A DNA stretch of 63,382 nt, filler included, from Octopus bimaculoides (Eukaryota): NCBI RefSeq assembly GCF_001194135.2. It is 7 parts of 7 records of this genome, joined end to end, with 100 filler letters (N's around TTAATTAATTAA, not from the genome) between each part and the next. Parts side by side here need not be neighbours in the genome. Positions count along the whole stretch, not along the records: positions 43,415 to 53,653 come from NC_068990.1; positions 53,754 to 58,730 come from NC_068986.1; positions 58,831 to 62,215 come from NW_026367609.1; positions 62,316 to 63,382 come from NW_026365887.1; 3 more parts are not named here. One strand, written 5' to 3'. Below the pieces are notes generated by a model. It was given only the letters and a program-made list of their open reading frames with translations, had not been told where the DNA came from and did not search any database. Position 1 is the first letter of the stretch. Each line of letters starts with the position of its first letter. The position numbers and the translations under genes are program-made. Below, in pieces: positions 50,221-63,382 of this stretch.

Positions 50221-51783
50221 GGTAACCATGTATCTCCTCTATAGCAAGACACCTATTTCTGTTTCCCTACTTCTCTGTTACATTCTAACAGTGCTTGTGT
50301 CACATTAAAAGCATCCAGTCCACACTGTAACATGGTTGGCATCTGGAAGGGCAACCAGTTGTAAAAAATCTTACCAAACTAACTTCGCCCATGCTAGTAT
50401 CATGTAAAATGCACTGAGTCCACTCTGCAGAGTGGTTGGTGTTAGGAAGGGCATCCAGCCCTAAAAACACTGCCAAAACAGACACAGTAGCCTTGGGTAG
50501 ATTTTCTACCTAGCCAGCTCCTGGCAACCATCCTACCCATGCATGCATAGAAGATGGACATTATAAACTAAGTTGATGATGATGATGATGATGATGACAC
50601 ATACATACATGAACACATATTTAAAACAAAAAATGACTGGATTATTTGAAATCTTTGTCTGAAGATTTATAGGTAGGAGATGTCCTATATGTTTATACAT
50701 GTGCATACATTTCTATTATGAATTTGTTATATTTATATTGTTATAAATATTAATATTTATATGCATAATATTTATTTCCCATCTTGGAATGAAACACAAG
50801 TAACACAACATTAGAATGGTACTATGTATTTCAGTCTTTGTTTTCATTACATACTTACTCGGCAAATATTATAATTCACCAGGAATCTTGACTTATATGT
50901 ATGATCTTCTCATTTTACATAAAATATCCGCATGCATTTCCATTACAGAAATACATCAATATGCTTCATGAAGACACGTCTTGAATTATAAGCCACCTTG
51001 TACACTATGCATGTGTGTGTGTGTGAGAGTGTGTGTGTGGCTGTAATTAAGTTATATGTAAAATAACAACAGAGAGCAATTTGCTGAAATGTTATTTATT
51101 GTATGTCAAACATTTACAAATGTGAGAAAGAGTGATTCACCCTTAAAGCCCAAGCTTTTTAATCCACCTCATCAGAAGTGACTTTTTTTCTACTGACTAG
51201 TTCAATAACTAGTGTGCAGTAAAAGTCCTTGCAAACAGTTCATCTTTCATGAGTTCACTGACAATGCCCTACATGTGTGTATGGTGTGTGTGTGCACATG
51301 CATGTGCAAACAGGTTCGTAAGATTAGTTGTGTCTTCTTGTCTTGACACTATGCAATAGTCAAAAATAGGTGTTCCTCTCATACAAGCAGTATCATTCAT
51401 TCTCAGTCTTCTTTGGAAACATGCAAGTATGGAAAAGTAGATGTTAAAGTGAAGATGACGACAGTTATGATGATAATTATTATATATCTATATCTATACC
51501 TATAGTATAGCTCAATTTGTGAGTGTGTGTGTGTGTTGCATCTATAGAATTCCACACCTGACAAGATAGCAATCTGGGAGTCGCACCAATGGATTCCTCA
51601 TGGTCGAAAATGACAGGAATAGGCTATTTGTTTTAATTTTTTCGTTGCTTCCTAACACGTGAATTTTTGCATTAAAAATAATTTTAAACCATAAATTCTA
51701 ACAAGTTTCAAGTCGCCATTATTTTCAAACATGAGTTCAATGTATACATATATGTATGTGTGTGTGTGTGTGTGTGTGTGTAA

Positions 51784-51815
<32 letters not shown>

Positions 51816-52249
51816 TCGTGGCTAATGCCAGTGTCACATAACTGGCTCGTTTAAAAGTACCGTTCAGTCGTCGGGTAATATGCTGTGCTTGAGAAGGCCT
51901 GTTGAGTCAAGTGAAATTGTAGTCATGGCCGATGCCTATGCCACCTGACTGGCACCCATGCCAGTGGCATGTAAAAAGTACCATTTGAGTGTGGTCAGTG
52001 CCAGTGCTGGTGGCACATAAAAAGCACCATTTAAGCATGGTCAATGCTAGTGCTGCCTGACCGGTTCCTGTGCCGGTGGCATGTAAAAAGCACCCACCTT
52101 GCTCTCAGAGTGGTTGGCATTAGGAAGGGCATCCAGCTGTAGAAACCTTACCAGATCAGATTGGAGCCTGGTGCAGCCTCTTGGCTTGCCAGTCCTCAGT
52201 CAAACAGTCTAACCCATGCCAGCATGGAAAACGGACATTAAATGATAAT

Positions 52250-53285
52250 GGGTGCAATGGGTAAATTGTTGCCATTTTATATTTTTAATTTCATGCATGT
52301 CCATTGTTTGTTTTTGATTTTGTCAACTACACAGTATAGTAGGGTCAATTGGGTACCCTCTGTGAGAAAAATGGCACCATGATGCAATTCACTCTGCCAG
52401 AAATTTGGAAACAACATGCTGTGCTGCTTGGCATTCATGCCGGAAGTGCCAATACAAACATTTCTAAATGTTTAGGTGTCAATCTGAGGACAGTGCAGAA
52501 GATTTGGAAAGAGTTGCATGAGTCTAATGGTGATTATGAAGGTATGGCAGCTTTGAAAACTCACTCTGGTCATTCTGATGAGAAAAGAAATCCTGAATTT
52601 GTCGGTGAGATCCAGGCCATGATTGGCAACAATCGCAGCAAGTCAATCAGGTCCATCACCAGGAACATGGGAATGTCTGAGTTTCTTATCAGGCAGGTAG
52701 TGCCTGAAGACATTTGGTATTCCTCATACAAGACGAGAAAGGGCCAATTTTTATCCCAAGCTGTCAAGAACAAGAGGAAAGACTGCGCTACAAAGCTTTT
52801 GAGCAAACTCAAGCATCCCCTCCAACCAAACATGCTTTGATTTTTCTCAGACATGAAAAATTTCTGCCAGGATCAGATGGTGAATAAGCAGGACAACCGT
52901 TGGCCTGCTGTGTCCCCAAAACATGTACCGAGAGTGATAAAAATCAAACATCCAGGCAACATCATAGTGTTTGGAGTAATCACTAGTGATGGCAATGTTA
53001 TGCCTCCATTCATCTTCCCCCACGGTCTCAGACTTAACACAGAGGCCAATACCAAGTGCCTGGAGGAGGTAGTGCTACCCTGGATCAAGAGGGTGACTGC
53101 TGGAAGCCCCTATGTCTGGACTCTACACCATGTCACACAAGCAGGAGAACCTAGTCATGGCTCTCAGACAATTTCTGTGACTACATCACCCCTAACATCT
53201 AGCCACCTAACTCCCCAGGCTAAAACCCTCTTGATTATTATTTGTGAGGCACAGACCAACAAAATTCCTTATAACACCAATGATG
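52250..53285 (+). mobile_element. Decayed Tc1/mariner transposon, same family as 33996-35059
   Basis: ORFs 52349-52840 (HTH region) and 52853-53308 (VFGVITSDGNVMPPFIFPHGLRLNTE) are colinear with the first copy. Confidence 0.85.
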
Positions 53286-53287
53286 CG

Positions 53288-53653
53288 ACGCAGATAAGAA
53301 AAGATTGACAGGTTTATTTAGCCAGAGGGGAAGCAGATAAGAAAAGATTGACAGGTTTATTTAGCCAGAGAGGAAGCAGATAACAAAAGATTTGCCAATG
53401 TTCTGCGCCGTGAGGACCAAAGACTCGAGGTATTTCGTGTTGCAAGACAGTGTAGGAGAGAGAATAGTGATGTTGTAGGAGAGAAATGTGTTCGCATGGA
53501 TGATGGTACGCTTGCACTAAATGAGGCTGCAAAGAAAGAGGTCTAGAGATGCCACTACGATAGATTGCTTAATAAAGAGAATGAATGGGAAAGAGAGCCT
53601 GCCGTATGTCAACCCAACAGAGGGACCAGCTATCCGAGTTGACAATACCAGGG
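53288..53653 (+). mobile_element. RTE LINE ORF fragment with a 43-bp internal tandem duplication
   Basis: Translation gives FANVLRREDQ...DVVGEKCVRMDDG...HYDRLLNKENEW...PTEGPAIRVD. The unit GCAGATAAGAAAAGATTGACAGGTTTATTTAGCCAGAGGGGAA is repeated at 53290-53375. Confidence 0.7.
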
Positions 53654-53771
53654 NNNNNNNNNNNNNNNNNNNNNNNNNNNNNNNNNNNNNNNNNNNNTTA
53701 ATTAATTAANNNNNNNNNNNNNNNNNNNNNNNNNNNNNNNNNNNNNNNNNNNNATATGTGTGTGTGTGTGT

Positions 53772-53807
<36 letters not shown>

Positions 53808-54019
53808 CTGTGTTTGTCCCCCCAACATCGCTTGACAACTGATGTTGGTATGTTCACGTCCCCGTAACTTAGCGGTTCAGCAAAAGAGTCCGATAGAATA
53901 AGTACTAGGCTTACAAAGAATAAGTCCTGGTGTCGATTTGCTTGACTAAAGGCGGTGCTCCAGCATGGCCGCAGTCAAATGACTTAAACAACTAAAAGAG
54001 TAAAAAAATGTGACAGCGT

Positions 54020-54560
54020 GGTTTTTATGACGCACCTACACCTATACGGTGTAGCTCCCAAGGACATTCATACTGATATGGCTGTTATGTTAAGGAATAA
54101 TGCTCCAATTTTATCAACAGTGCAAATGTAGTCTGCTGAATTTAGGAGATGAAGAGAGAGTCTTCAAGATGACCCAAGTTATGGAGGCCATCACATTCCT
54201 GTGGATGAAACGACCTTGGCCTTATTTTGAGCAAGTGAGAGGGATGTTCCCGCTGTATTGATTGCTTCTTTGTCTCTGGCTGAAAGGAATGAACCCAATA
54301 TTCATCTTGGGCTAGGAAACGTTCAAGCAAATCCGATGGATCTGCTACAAACTATGTCAGATTTTCGCAAAATGTGATCAACGTGGTGCGCTTTTGATCA
54401 GGTGTCAGAAGACGAGGCACCCACCGAGTAGAAACCTTCGTAATCCAATATCATTGTGCAGAATATTCTCAACTCTCTCACTGTATATATTATAGCATTC
54501 GCTATTTCATTTATAATCAATCAGCTGTCATCCATCAGCACGTAGTGAATACGATCAATG
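54020..54560 (-). mobile_element. Mariner (Mos1/Hsmar-like) fragment
   Basis: Minus ORF ...QDEYWVHSFQPETKKQSIQ matches the mariner TxDExWxxxxxPETKxQS motif. Confidence 0.7.
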
Positions 54561-55763
54561 TTTTCTACCTTGGTGGCTGTTGCAGTATATATATATATAT
54601 ATATATATATATATNNNNNNNNNNNNNNNNNNNNNNNNNNNNNNNNNNNNNNNNNNNNNNNNNNNNNNNNNNNNNNNNNNNNNNNNNNNNNNNNNNNNNN
54701 NNNNNNNNNNNNNNNNNNNNNNNNNNNNNNNNNNNNNNNNNNNNNNNNNNNNNNNNNNNNNNNNNNNNNNNNNNNNNNNNNNNNNNNNNNNNNNNNNNNN
54801 NNNNNNNNNNNNNNNNNNNNNNNNNNNNNNNNNNNNNNNNNNNNNNNNNNNNNNNNNNNNNNNNNNNNNNNNNNNNNNNNNNNNNNNNNNNNNNNNNNNN
54901 NNNNNNNNNNNNNNNNNNNNNNNNNNNNNNNNNNNNNNNNNNNNNNNNNNNNNNNNNNNNNNNNNNNNNNNNNNNNNNNNNNNNNNNNNNNNNNNNNNNN
55001 NNNNNNNNNNNNNNNNNNNNNNNNNNNNNNNNNNNNNNNNNNNNNNNNNNNNNNNNNNNNNNNNNNNNNNNNNNNNNNNNNNNNNNNNNNNNNNNNNNNN
55101 NNNNNNNNNNNNNNNNNNNNNNNNNNNNNNNNNNNNNNNNNNNNNNNNNNNNNNNNNNNNNNNNNNNNNNNNNNNNNNNNNNNNNNNNNNNNNNNNNNNN
55201 NNNNNNNNNNNNNNNNNNNNNNNNNNNNNNNNNNNNNNNNNNNNNNNNNNNNNNNNNNNNNNNNNNNNNNNNNNNNNNNNNNNNNNNNNNNNNNGTCTAA
55301 CAGTGCAGCAGTGCATATATCAGTCGATGAGTTATCAATGTATGTTTCTATATGTAATTATGTACACATGTTAATGACTGTACGTGGAGTTTGGAATGGG
55401 TCAAAGAGTAAATTAGAGAAAGTGAGAAACGAGGTGTTACATAAGAATATTAGTGTAATTGCGTTGCGACACGCCTATAAAGGAGTAGCGTCAGCTGTAA
55501 TTACTGTCTTCAGATAAAATGTCTTGGAGGCCAAAATTAGGAAATTTACAAAACACTGAGTGGTCGTCTCTCCATTTACTGTGGCTCCTTCGAAAGTATT
55601 TATGTAACAGCATGTTGGCAATTGTCTACGCATTATATTTGTGTATGCGCGTTGTGTGTATGTGAAAGTGAGAGAGAGAGACAGAGACAGAGAGACAGAC
55701 AGACAGAGTATGTCTGTATGTACGTATGCATGTATGCTTATATGTATGTATACATGCACTATG

Positions 55764-55837
<74 letters not shown>

Positions 55838-57534
55838 CATAGATATACAAATATTAGATAGATACAGATAGTTATATAAATATGTGTTTGTGTGTATTCT
55901 TATGTCATGTTACATGTAAAAATAATTTTGCATTAAACTGGAGGATTACTCAACATTTATTTGCAGTATACATACCTATGACCTTTTACAAAGAAATATC
56001 GAATAGTAGCTTCGAACTTCACCTCACCTTCATAGCATGATGAGGATGAACAGTCCAAAACTTCAATTTATGCAACTTATGTCTTGTCTTATTTCTGTCA
56101 TATAGCCCAAAGTCGTTTGTTGCATGTTTATTTTTCGTCTTTGTCTTTGCTTTGTCATTTTATATATTTTTCTATTCTCCTCATAACTCGCTATTTTTGC
56201 TGTTTATCAAGAGAACCCATTTTTGTACCTGTCTCGTTCTGTCCTTCATGTTCACTCATTTATGCTTCATTAGCTTGTATTATCTATTATTGGGATTATT
56301 CAATAAATACCTATTACCTATTATTGGGATTATCCAATAAATTTTGCTAGCTTATCTGTCTGTGTGCCTTTTCTCCTGGTACGGTATGAGTACATGATGT
56401 GGTTTTAGAATCAAGTTTTGACTGCTATCTCTAGCATGGTGGTATCTTTTAGATACCCATAATTATAATTCTAATAATAACTATTACCTATAAAGTTTCT
56501 GTTCCTATGCTGGCCACTTGATATAATCGGTATCTTAAATAAAGATCAAATCCTTACTTATATAAATGTGTGTGTATATATATATATACATGTGAGTGTT
56601 TGTATAATGTACTGTTTCGTGATAGAAAATTCAACAAAATGTACTCCATCTGGTGAGAAATAAATATTATTTATTTCAAGGACACAATACATATCTTTAA
56701 GTGGTCCTAGTTTCATACGTTGAGAATTATCTCAAACATATTCATCAGGCACAAACAGTTTTCTATATGCTACCTTCTCAGTGTTAAACGGAGTGCTACC
56801 GTAAATCGTTTGTAGTCGTTTGACGTCTATATCTAGCGTACAGGCGCCTTTAATTATAATTATACTTTAAATATATATATATATTATATATAATAGGCGC
56901 AGGGGTAGCTGTGTGGTAAGTAGCTTGCTTACCAACCACATGGTTCCGGGTTCAGTCCCATCGCGTGGCACATTGGGCAAGTGTCTTCAACTATAGCCTT
57001 GGGCCGACGAATGCATACGAAAATTGAAAGAAGCCCGTCGTATATATATANNNNNNNNNNNNNNNNNNNNNNNNNNNNNNNNNNNNNNNNNNNNNNNNNN
57101 NNNNNNNNNNNNNNNNNNNNNNNNNNNNNNNNNNNNNNNNNNNNNNNNNNNNNNNNNNNNNNNNNNNNNNNNNNNNNNNNNNNNNNNNNNNNNNNNNNNN
57201 NNNNNNNNNNNNNNNNNNNNNNNNNNNNNNNNNNNNNNNNNNNNNNNNNNNNNNNNNNNNNNNNNNNNNNNNNNNNNNNNNNNNNNNNNNNNNNNNNNNN
57301 NNNNNNNNNNNNNNNNNNNNNNNNNNNNNNNNNNNNNNNNNNNNNNNNNNNNNNNNNNNNNNNNNNNNNNNNNNNNNNNNNNNNNNNNNNNNNNNNNNNN
57401 NNNNNNNNNNNNNNNNNNNNNNNNNNNNNNNNNNNNNNNNNNNNNNNNNNNNNNNNNNNNNNNNNNNNNNNNNNNNNNNNNNNNNNNNNNNNNNNNNNNN
57501 NNNNNNNNNNNATATATATATATATATATATATA

Positions 57535-58190
57535 CATTATGTTCGGGCTAAATTTGACGCATTTTTAAATCTCCATTTTCAACGGTTTTAGAGAGCATCA
57601 CAATTAAATTCCTAGCTGAGAAGAAATTAGATGCTGATGAACAACCGCTAGCCATTGAATAGTGGAAAAGAACTACCCGCACCATGATGAATCACAGCGG
57701 GTATAGAAATGACAACATCATAGCTACTGCTCAATTTTCTGTGAATATTGAAAACGCTATAAGACGTGACATGGACAGCTGCAACGGAGACTACGAAGGT
57801 ACATAGGTGTTCCGAATAAGTCCGCACACCACCATTTATCCCTACATCTTTGAACAGGGACTTAGGTTTTGTGAAGCTGCTGAAGACCATGGTCAATCCC
57901 TGGCTGGAGTGAGTCTTTGTCATACCTTCGGAAAGAGACAGAAATGGTGGTCGGAGAATGTCTACGACTTCACCAGCCCCAATTTCTAGTCTCCTAATTC
58001 TCCCGACTGCTAACCCAGAGATTACTACACATGGTGTACGGTGGAGAAACACACCAACCAACCTGCCAGCAAATCCAAAGCTAAGCTGGTGGTCAAGATC
58101 AAGAAGATGTTCGAAAATCTTCTCAATGACACTCTGGGGGTCTGGAGCCGTACTGAGAGCTGGGGGCGGCTAATTTCGATAACCGTTTTC
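57535..58190 (+). mobile_element. Decayed Tc1/mariner transposon, related subfamily
   Basis: Translations include IRRDMDSCNGDYEG and WWSENVYDFTSPNF*SPNSPDC*PRDYYTW. Confidence 0.65.
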
Positions 58191-60169
58191 TCCTAGCTTT
58201 AACCTAATTAGTATTTTTTGCTTTTCCTCTATATTTTTAGTTTTGGATGGGATGCGTATTTTCATTTCCTCTCATGGAAACTGTTAAATTTAGTCCGAAC
58301 GCCCAGCAAGTACAACTATCTATCTCTCTGTCTATCTATCTATCTATCTATCTATCTCCCTATCTATCTATCTATCTATGTATATGTATATATAATACAA
58401 AGAATATATATGCATGTATACACACATATATGTACATACTTACATCTATATGTGTATATTGATGCATATCAGGGTACAGGACGTTAGAACAATGAACTAC
58501 AGACAACGGAACGAACACATAGGAAAACGGAAAGGCACTTGGAATATTCCTTCATCAGCTGTCTCTATTCTAACCCGACGTTTCGAAGATAAGGCAGAAC
58601 GTACTCTAGAATAGTCTCTTCCTGAGTAGTGGATCAACCCACTAAACAGGGGATTCCAAGGTGGCAAACACAAACCAAGACAGGAAAAATTGAACAATGA
58701 AAACAACATTAAAAAACCGTACGGCCAAACNNNNNNNNNNNNNNNNNNNNNNNNNNNNNNNNNNNNNNNNNNNNTTAATTAATTAANNNNNNNNNNNNNN
58801 NNNNNNNNNNNNNNNNNNNNNNNNNNNNNNAACGTTAGATGCTGCTTCTGCACGCCTGAGAATGAGAGAACGGCTTGAGGTGGCTTATGCTGCATTTGCG
58901 GTCGAGGGTCGAAAAGTGACCACCACAAAAAGAGTGGTTGCTTTGACAAGTTGGAATGGCATAACTCTGCAAGTGTGTCCTCCACTCCAATGTTGTTTTC
59001 TCTTAACTCTGAAAAATGGATATTTTTTAATGAAATTTTCTATGAAACACGTTTCAGATGGTGTCGATTCGGATTATATAGTAATTTACCGTGGAAATTA
59101 TTTTCGGATGTGGACGAGAAGAGTTTGGGATAATTCATATGCCTGAATTTTGTTTCCCCGTAACTTTCACAAAGATGAATATTTCTAATGAAAATTTTTG
59201 TAAATACCTTTCAGCCGGTGTATTCTGTAAATACTATAACGACCGTGCGGTGCAGGGTGACGAGAATGAGTCTTTAGTACGTCACACGGTCGATACAGTA
59301 AATATAAAAAGAATAATACATATAATGTGCTAGTGGGAAAAAGGGAGACACAACCGAGTAGAATGTTTAAGAGAAGTTTTATTGATAGGTTAACATATGT
59401 ATCTGTGCGTGCGTCATGTATACAGGCCGTCATGAGAACAAAGTGTATGTGTGTATAGACATGGATGTATACGTGTGTGTTAAGTACACATAAGAATAGC
59501 AATGAAGAAGGAAATAGTGAAAGAAACTACAATGAGAAGTTAGATGAATGTTCATAGACACAAGAATGAGAAATACCAGTCCGTAGTCAATTGTACACGG
59601 TAATTAAAATACTGTATCAAGAAGTTGCGGCCATGATGCTGAGCCGGTTGCGGTACATGTCGTACGAAGTTGTGGCTGTAATGCTACTGCCTGGGTCATT
59701 TGGTACAGGAGTTCTCGCAGGTTGTATATTCGCTGTTGATCCATAGTGAAGTAATTCACGAACAGTGCTGTGCTGAAACCTGGGCGAGTCGCTTGTTGAA
59801 CTGTGATGATGTTGACGACGTTAAGAAGATGGTGGTGGCGACGAAGACGGAGGTTGTCGTAATGTTGTTGGACTGGTATTGTCGTCTGGCGTTGTCGCTG
59901 GGACTGGCTGTGTCTTGTGTGGTCAGTGGCTAGACCTTAAAAGGTCTGGAACCAAAGGTTTTCTTTATTAACCAGATAGGTTATACATAGATGGGACAAA
60001 ACAAAGGACTTTGGACAGACATACACAAATCTTGCAAAACTTTGGACGATGCGAGTGGGTTTAAAAATTAATTATAAATTTTAAAGTTAAAAATTAGAAG
60101 GAAAATTATTAAAATGAATTAGATAAAAATGTTCAGGGTTCAATTTATTGAACCGCCGGTTATTTTACT

Positions 60170-62215
60170 TTTTTTTCCACTTTTTTTCCTTTTTTTTTTT
60201 TTAAATCTTTTTTTCCTGTCTCTTTTGACCGGCTATGCAAGCGCAGCTCCCTTTATAATCATCTTTCTTACCACAGACATCCACCTTTTATTGAATACAC
60301 TCTGCGACAGGCTCCGCTTTTATAGACGAATCTTTTGGGACAAGAGGTAACTAAAAAAGTTTATCAGCCCTTGTCCGGAGATGAAGCGGCCTGTCTCATT
60401 TCCTTGCACACGCGTCTTCCATACCGTTTCTTTCAGCAAGGTCACTATACACAGAAAAGATGACCTTCTTTCGTTGTTAAACTGCGAAGGTGGTACAATC
60501 TTTATCATGGACTCAGTCGAGAGCCGCACTCCTTCCACGTCCGACAACAGCCGTTCGGCATAGGCTATCAATACTTTTAACTCCTCGCAGTGTACGAAGG
60601 CGTGCGTGACCGTTTCACTGTCACGCTCGCACCTCGGGCACGTGGGGGAGATGTCACAACCGTGTCTTGGCAGCCTCTCCCGAACAGGTAAGGCCGATCG
60701 ATAACACAACCAGGCCAAGGATTTCTGGTGATTATCCAGATACCTCGGCCCGAAGGTTCTTCTAAACAGGCTAGTCAGTTGCTCCTCATCGAAGCCCAGA
60801 GTTTCCCCCAGGACATCATCAGACTTGCGCTCTACCAACCCTCTATAAAAATCCGCAGTGGTAGCCCTGCTGCCGGCATTGCTCACCCGGGAGAAGAGAG
60901 TGAGTGCTTGCCTGCACTCCCTCTCCCAATCTCCCTTCCTTGGTCTACACTTGATCCATGTGCCTAATTCCACAAGGGAATCCAAATTCGGGAACAAGTG
61001 TCTGACGTGCAGTGACCACACCTGCTCACCATCCAGGTAACACCAGAGATGCCTTAGTCTCAGCGCGTGCCTGCGCATCAACAACCAAGGCATTCCTAGT
61101 CCACCCTTTAACGGTTTCTAGCAGCAAACAGAGCGCCTCACAAGTGGCGTTTTCCCTTTCCACAAAAAGCGGAACAGGATCCGTTCCGTCTTGTTTAGTC
61201 ACGAACCAGGACAAGAGACGACGGTTAGGCAGTAGGTTATTACAGAGGCTATAAACACCTGTGTCACCTCCGCCCTTCCCANNNNNNNNNNGCCCGAAGG
61301 TTCTTCTAAACAGGCTGGTCAGTTGCTCCTCATCGAAGCCCAGAGTTACCCCCAGGACATCATCAGACTTGCGCTCTACCAACCCTCTATAAAAATCTGC
61401 AGTGGTAGCCCTGCTGCCGGCATTGCTCACTCGGGAGAAGAGAGTGAGTGCTTGCCTGCACTCCCTCTCCCAATCTCCTTTCCTTGGTCTACGCTTGATC
61501 CATGTGCCTAATTCCACAAGGGAATCCAAATACGGGAACAAGTGTCTGAAATGCGGTGAACACACCTGCTCACCATCCAGGTAACACCAGAGATGCCTCA
61601 GTCTCAGCGCGTGTCTGCGCATCAACAACCAAGGCATTCCTAGTCCACCCTTTAACGGTTTCTGGCAGCAAACAGAGCGCCTCACAAGTGGCGTTTTCCC
61701 TTTCCACAAAATGCGGAACAGGATCCGTTCCATCTTGTTTAGCCACGAACCAGGACAAAGCACGACGGTTAGGCGGTAGGTTATTACAGAGGCTATAAAC
61801 ACCTGTGTCACCTCCGCTCTTCCCAACAAGGATAACGTCCTCCCGGACCACTACCGGGCTATGTCCGTCACCTTGCTCGCCACTTCGTTCCAGTTCTTCT
61901 CTACTTGGAGATTCGGTCCAAACCAGATCCCGAGCATTTTAACCGGGCCCTCCGTCCAGCATCCGACGACGCTGTTGGGAGGCATCGACTTGCCCCTCCA
62001 GGTGCCGAGTTGCAAGCCGACAGACTTTTCCTGGTTAATTTTAGCTCCCGCCACCGTCTCGTATCCTTTGATGGTGTTTTCTACACAAGGTAGCTGCCCT
62101 TCGTCAGACACGATGATGGTGACATCATCCGCATATGCCGTAACACTCCTTCTGTAACATAGATCACGCGGGTCTTACCCCAAGTTTCCCAGTCTCCGCA
62201 GCAGTGGCTCAATCG
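60170..62215 (-). mobile_element. Tx1/L1-clade non-LTR retrotransposon, ORF2 3' half (RT to C-terminal zinc knuckle), with frameshifts
   Basis: Minus translations include TAYADDVTIIVSDE (about 62100-62140), GAKINQEKSVGL and CPRCERDSETVTHAFVHC (CCHC-like). 60748-61281 is duplicated at 61292-61825 across a 10-N gap. Confidence 0.85.
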
Positions 62216-62295
62216 NNNNNNNNNNNNNNNNNNNNNNNNNNNNNNNNNNNNNNNNNNNNTTAATTAATTAANNNNNNNNNNNNNNNNNNNNNNNN

Positions 62296-62910
62296 NNNNN
62301 NNNNNNNNNNNNNNNTCTTCACTTAGTTTTACATGTTTACGCTTTTATCGCCTTCAGAGCATTCACCATTCGAAGCTATACATCAGCCCAGACGTGTTTT
62401 CCACTGTTCGAAGCAGTGCCGGAACTCTTGCAAAGTGATGCCTTTTAACGCCACTGTCGTTTTCTTCTTTACCTCTTCCACATCTGCAAATTCCGTAGCA
62501 CCAACTTTCGTCGTCAGTGATGACCTTCGAAAAAATGGTCCGGATCTCAATTTCCAATTTTTCTTTCAGTTCCTGGTGTGCCCCCAGTCGTGACAACATT
62601 TAATCTTCTGTGTGCAAGTGAGGCACAAATTTTGCTTTCACACTTTTCATTCGCAATTCATCTCTAAAACGTCATCATTAGGATCTCCAGGACACACAAG
62701 TCATATTAACAAGTTCGTCAAATTGTCAGTGAATTTTCATGATGCTTTCGTTCATTGGTCTTCAAGCGATAAGTGACTCTTCTTAAATCGTGAAAAACCA
62801 CTCTGGAACTTTTCTTTTGCTCATAGCAGCGTCCTTGGTAGGAGTTAGAGCAAGACAAGTGTTTCAATGGCAGCAGTTAGAAGCATGACAATTGTTTCGA
62901 CGGCCGTTTT
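62296..62910 (-). mobile_element. Mariner transposase fragment
   Basis: Minus translations give GKTAVETIVML...MSKRKVPEWFSRFKK and FSKVITDDESWCYG. Confidence 0.8.
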
Positions 62911-63382
62911 CCCCAGCCTTTATATATTTATATTTATATATTTGATCCTTTATATTGAACACTCAATATTTCATCTACATTCAATACGTTCTTNNNNNNN
63001 NNNGGACGTCACCAACAGTGCAAATAACATACACACGAGAGATAGATACAAGACGTGGACAGTAAGTACAGGGTAAAGATGAGTGAGATACGTAAATAAA
63101 CGAGGGAAAAACGAGTGAAATACACAAAGGACGAGAAAAAATGGGAAAAAAAGACAGGCTAACAGAGAAAAATTACCCTTCATCAGTTGTCGGCTGTCTA
63201 TCTACTACACGCGCGCGCGCACACACACACACACATACACACACACACACACATATATAAGACCAAAAAGGAGAGAATAAATTTGAGAAGTCAGTATTCT
63301 GAATCATCTAGTATATTTCACGGTATCGGAATACTTCAGGGCGTACATAAGTGCACTCATATATATGTATATATATATATAT

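Noticed and set aside
56030-56075. ATGATGA-GGA...TCC-AAAAC hammerhead-like pattern
   Set aside because: Two core positions are wrong and stems I and III are unconvincing.
2008-57568. Long ORFs in the track made of X or of YIYI/HTHT/CVCV runs
   Set aside because: They are translations of N gaps and dinucleotide microsatellites.

Overview
AT-rich, microsatellite-dense eukaryotic DNA with many N gaps. The SINE, RTE and mariner repertoire looks like an octopus genome (inference from the repeat families, not verified by a search). One protein-coding gene is well supported. It lies on the + strand: exon 20728-21283 encodes a basic/acidic N-terminus and a CARD, and it splices in frame to exon 22278-22766, which encodes a TRADD-N-like domain. 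A probable 47-nt third exon lies at 24729-24775, and the 3' end is unresolved. Most of the remainder is decayed mobile DNA: several tRNA-derived and RTE-tailed SINE families, RTE and Tx1/L1-like LINE fragments, Tc1/mariner copies and MITEs. The most notable hidden signal is a set of minimal type I hammerhead-ribozyme folds from at least four sequence-unrelated repeat families. Two sit as back-to-back pairs inside long palindromes (5938-6094 and 18964-19219), one is isolated (27183-27230), and one lies at the junction of a ~356-bp tandem repeat (43991-44043). This arrangement resembles Penelope-like/retrozyme elements. A possible decayed LRR/TLR-like pseudogene lies on the - strand at about 28.6-30.5 kb (low confidence). 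All folds and translations were done by eye, and no database searches were run.
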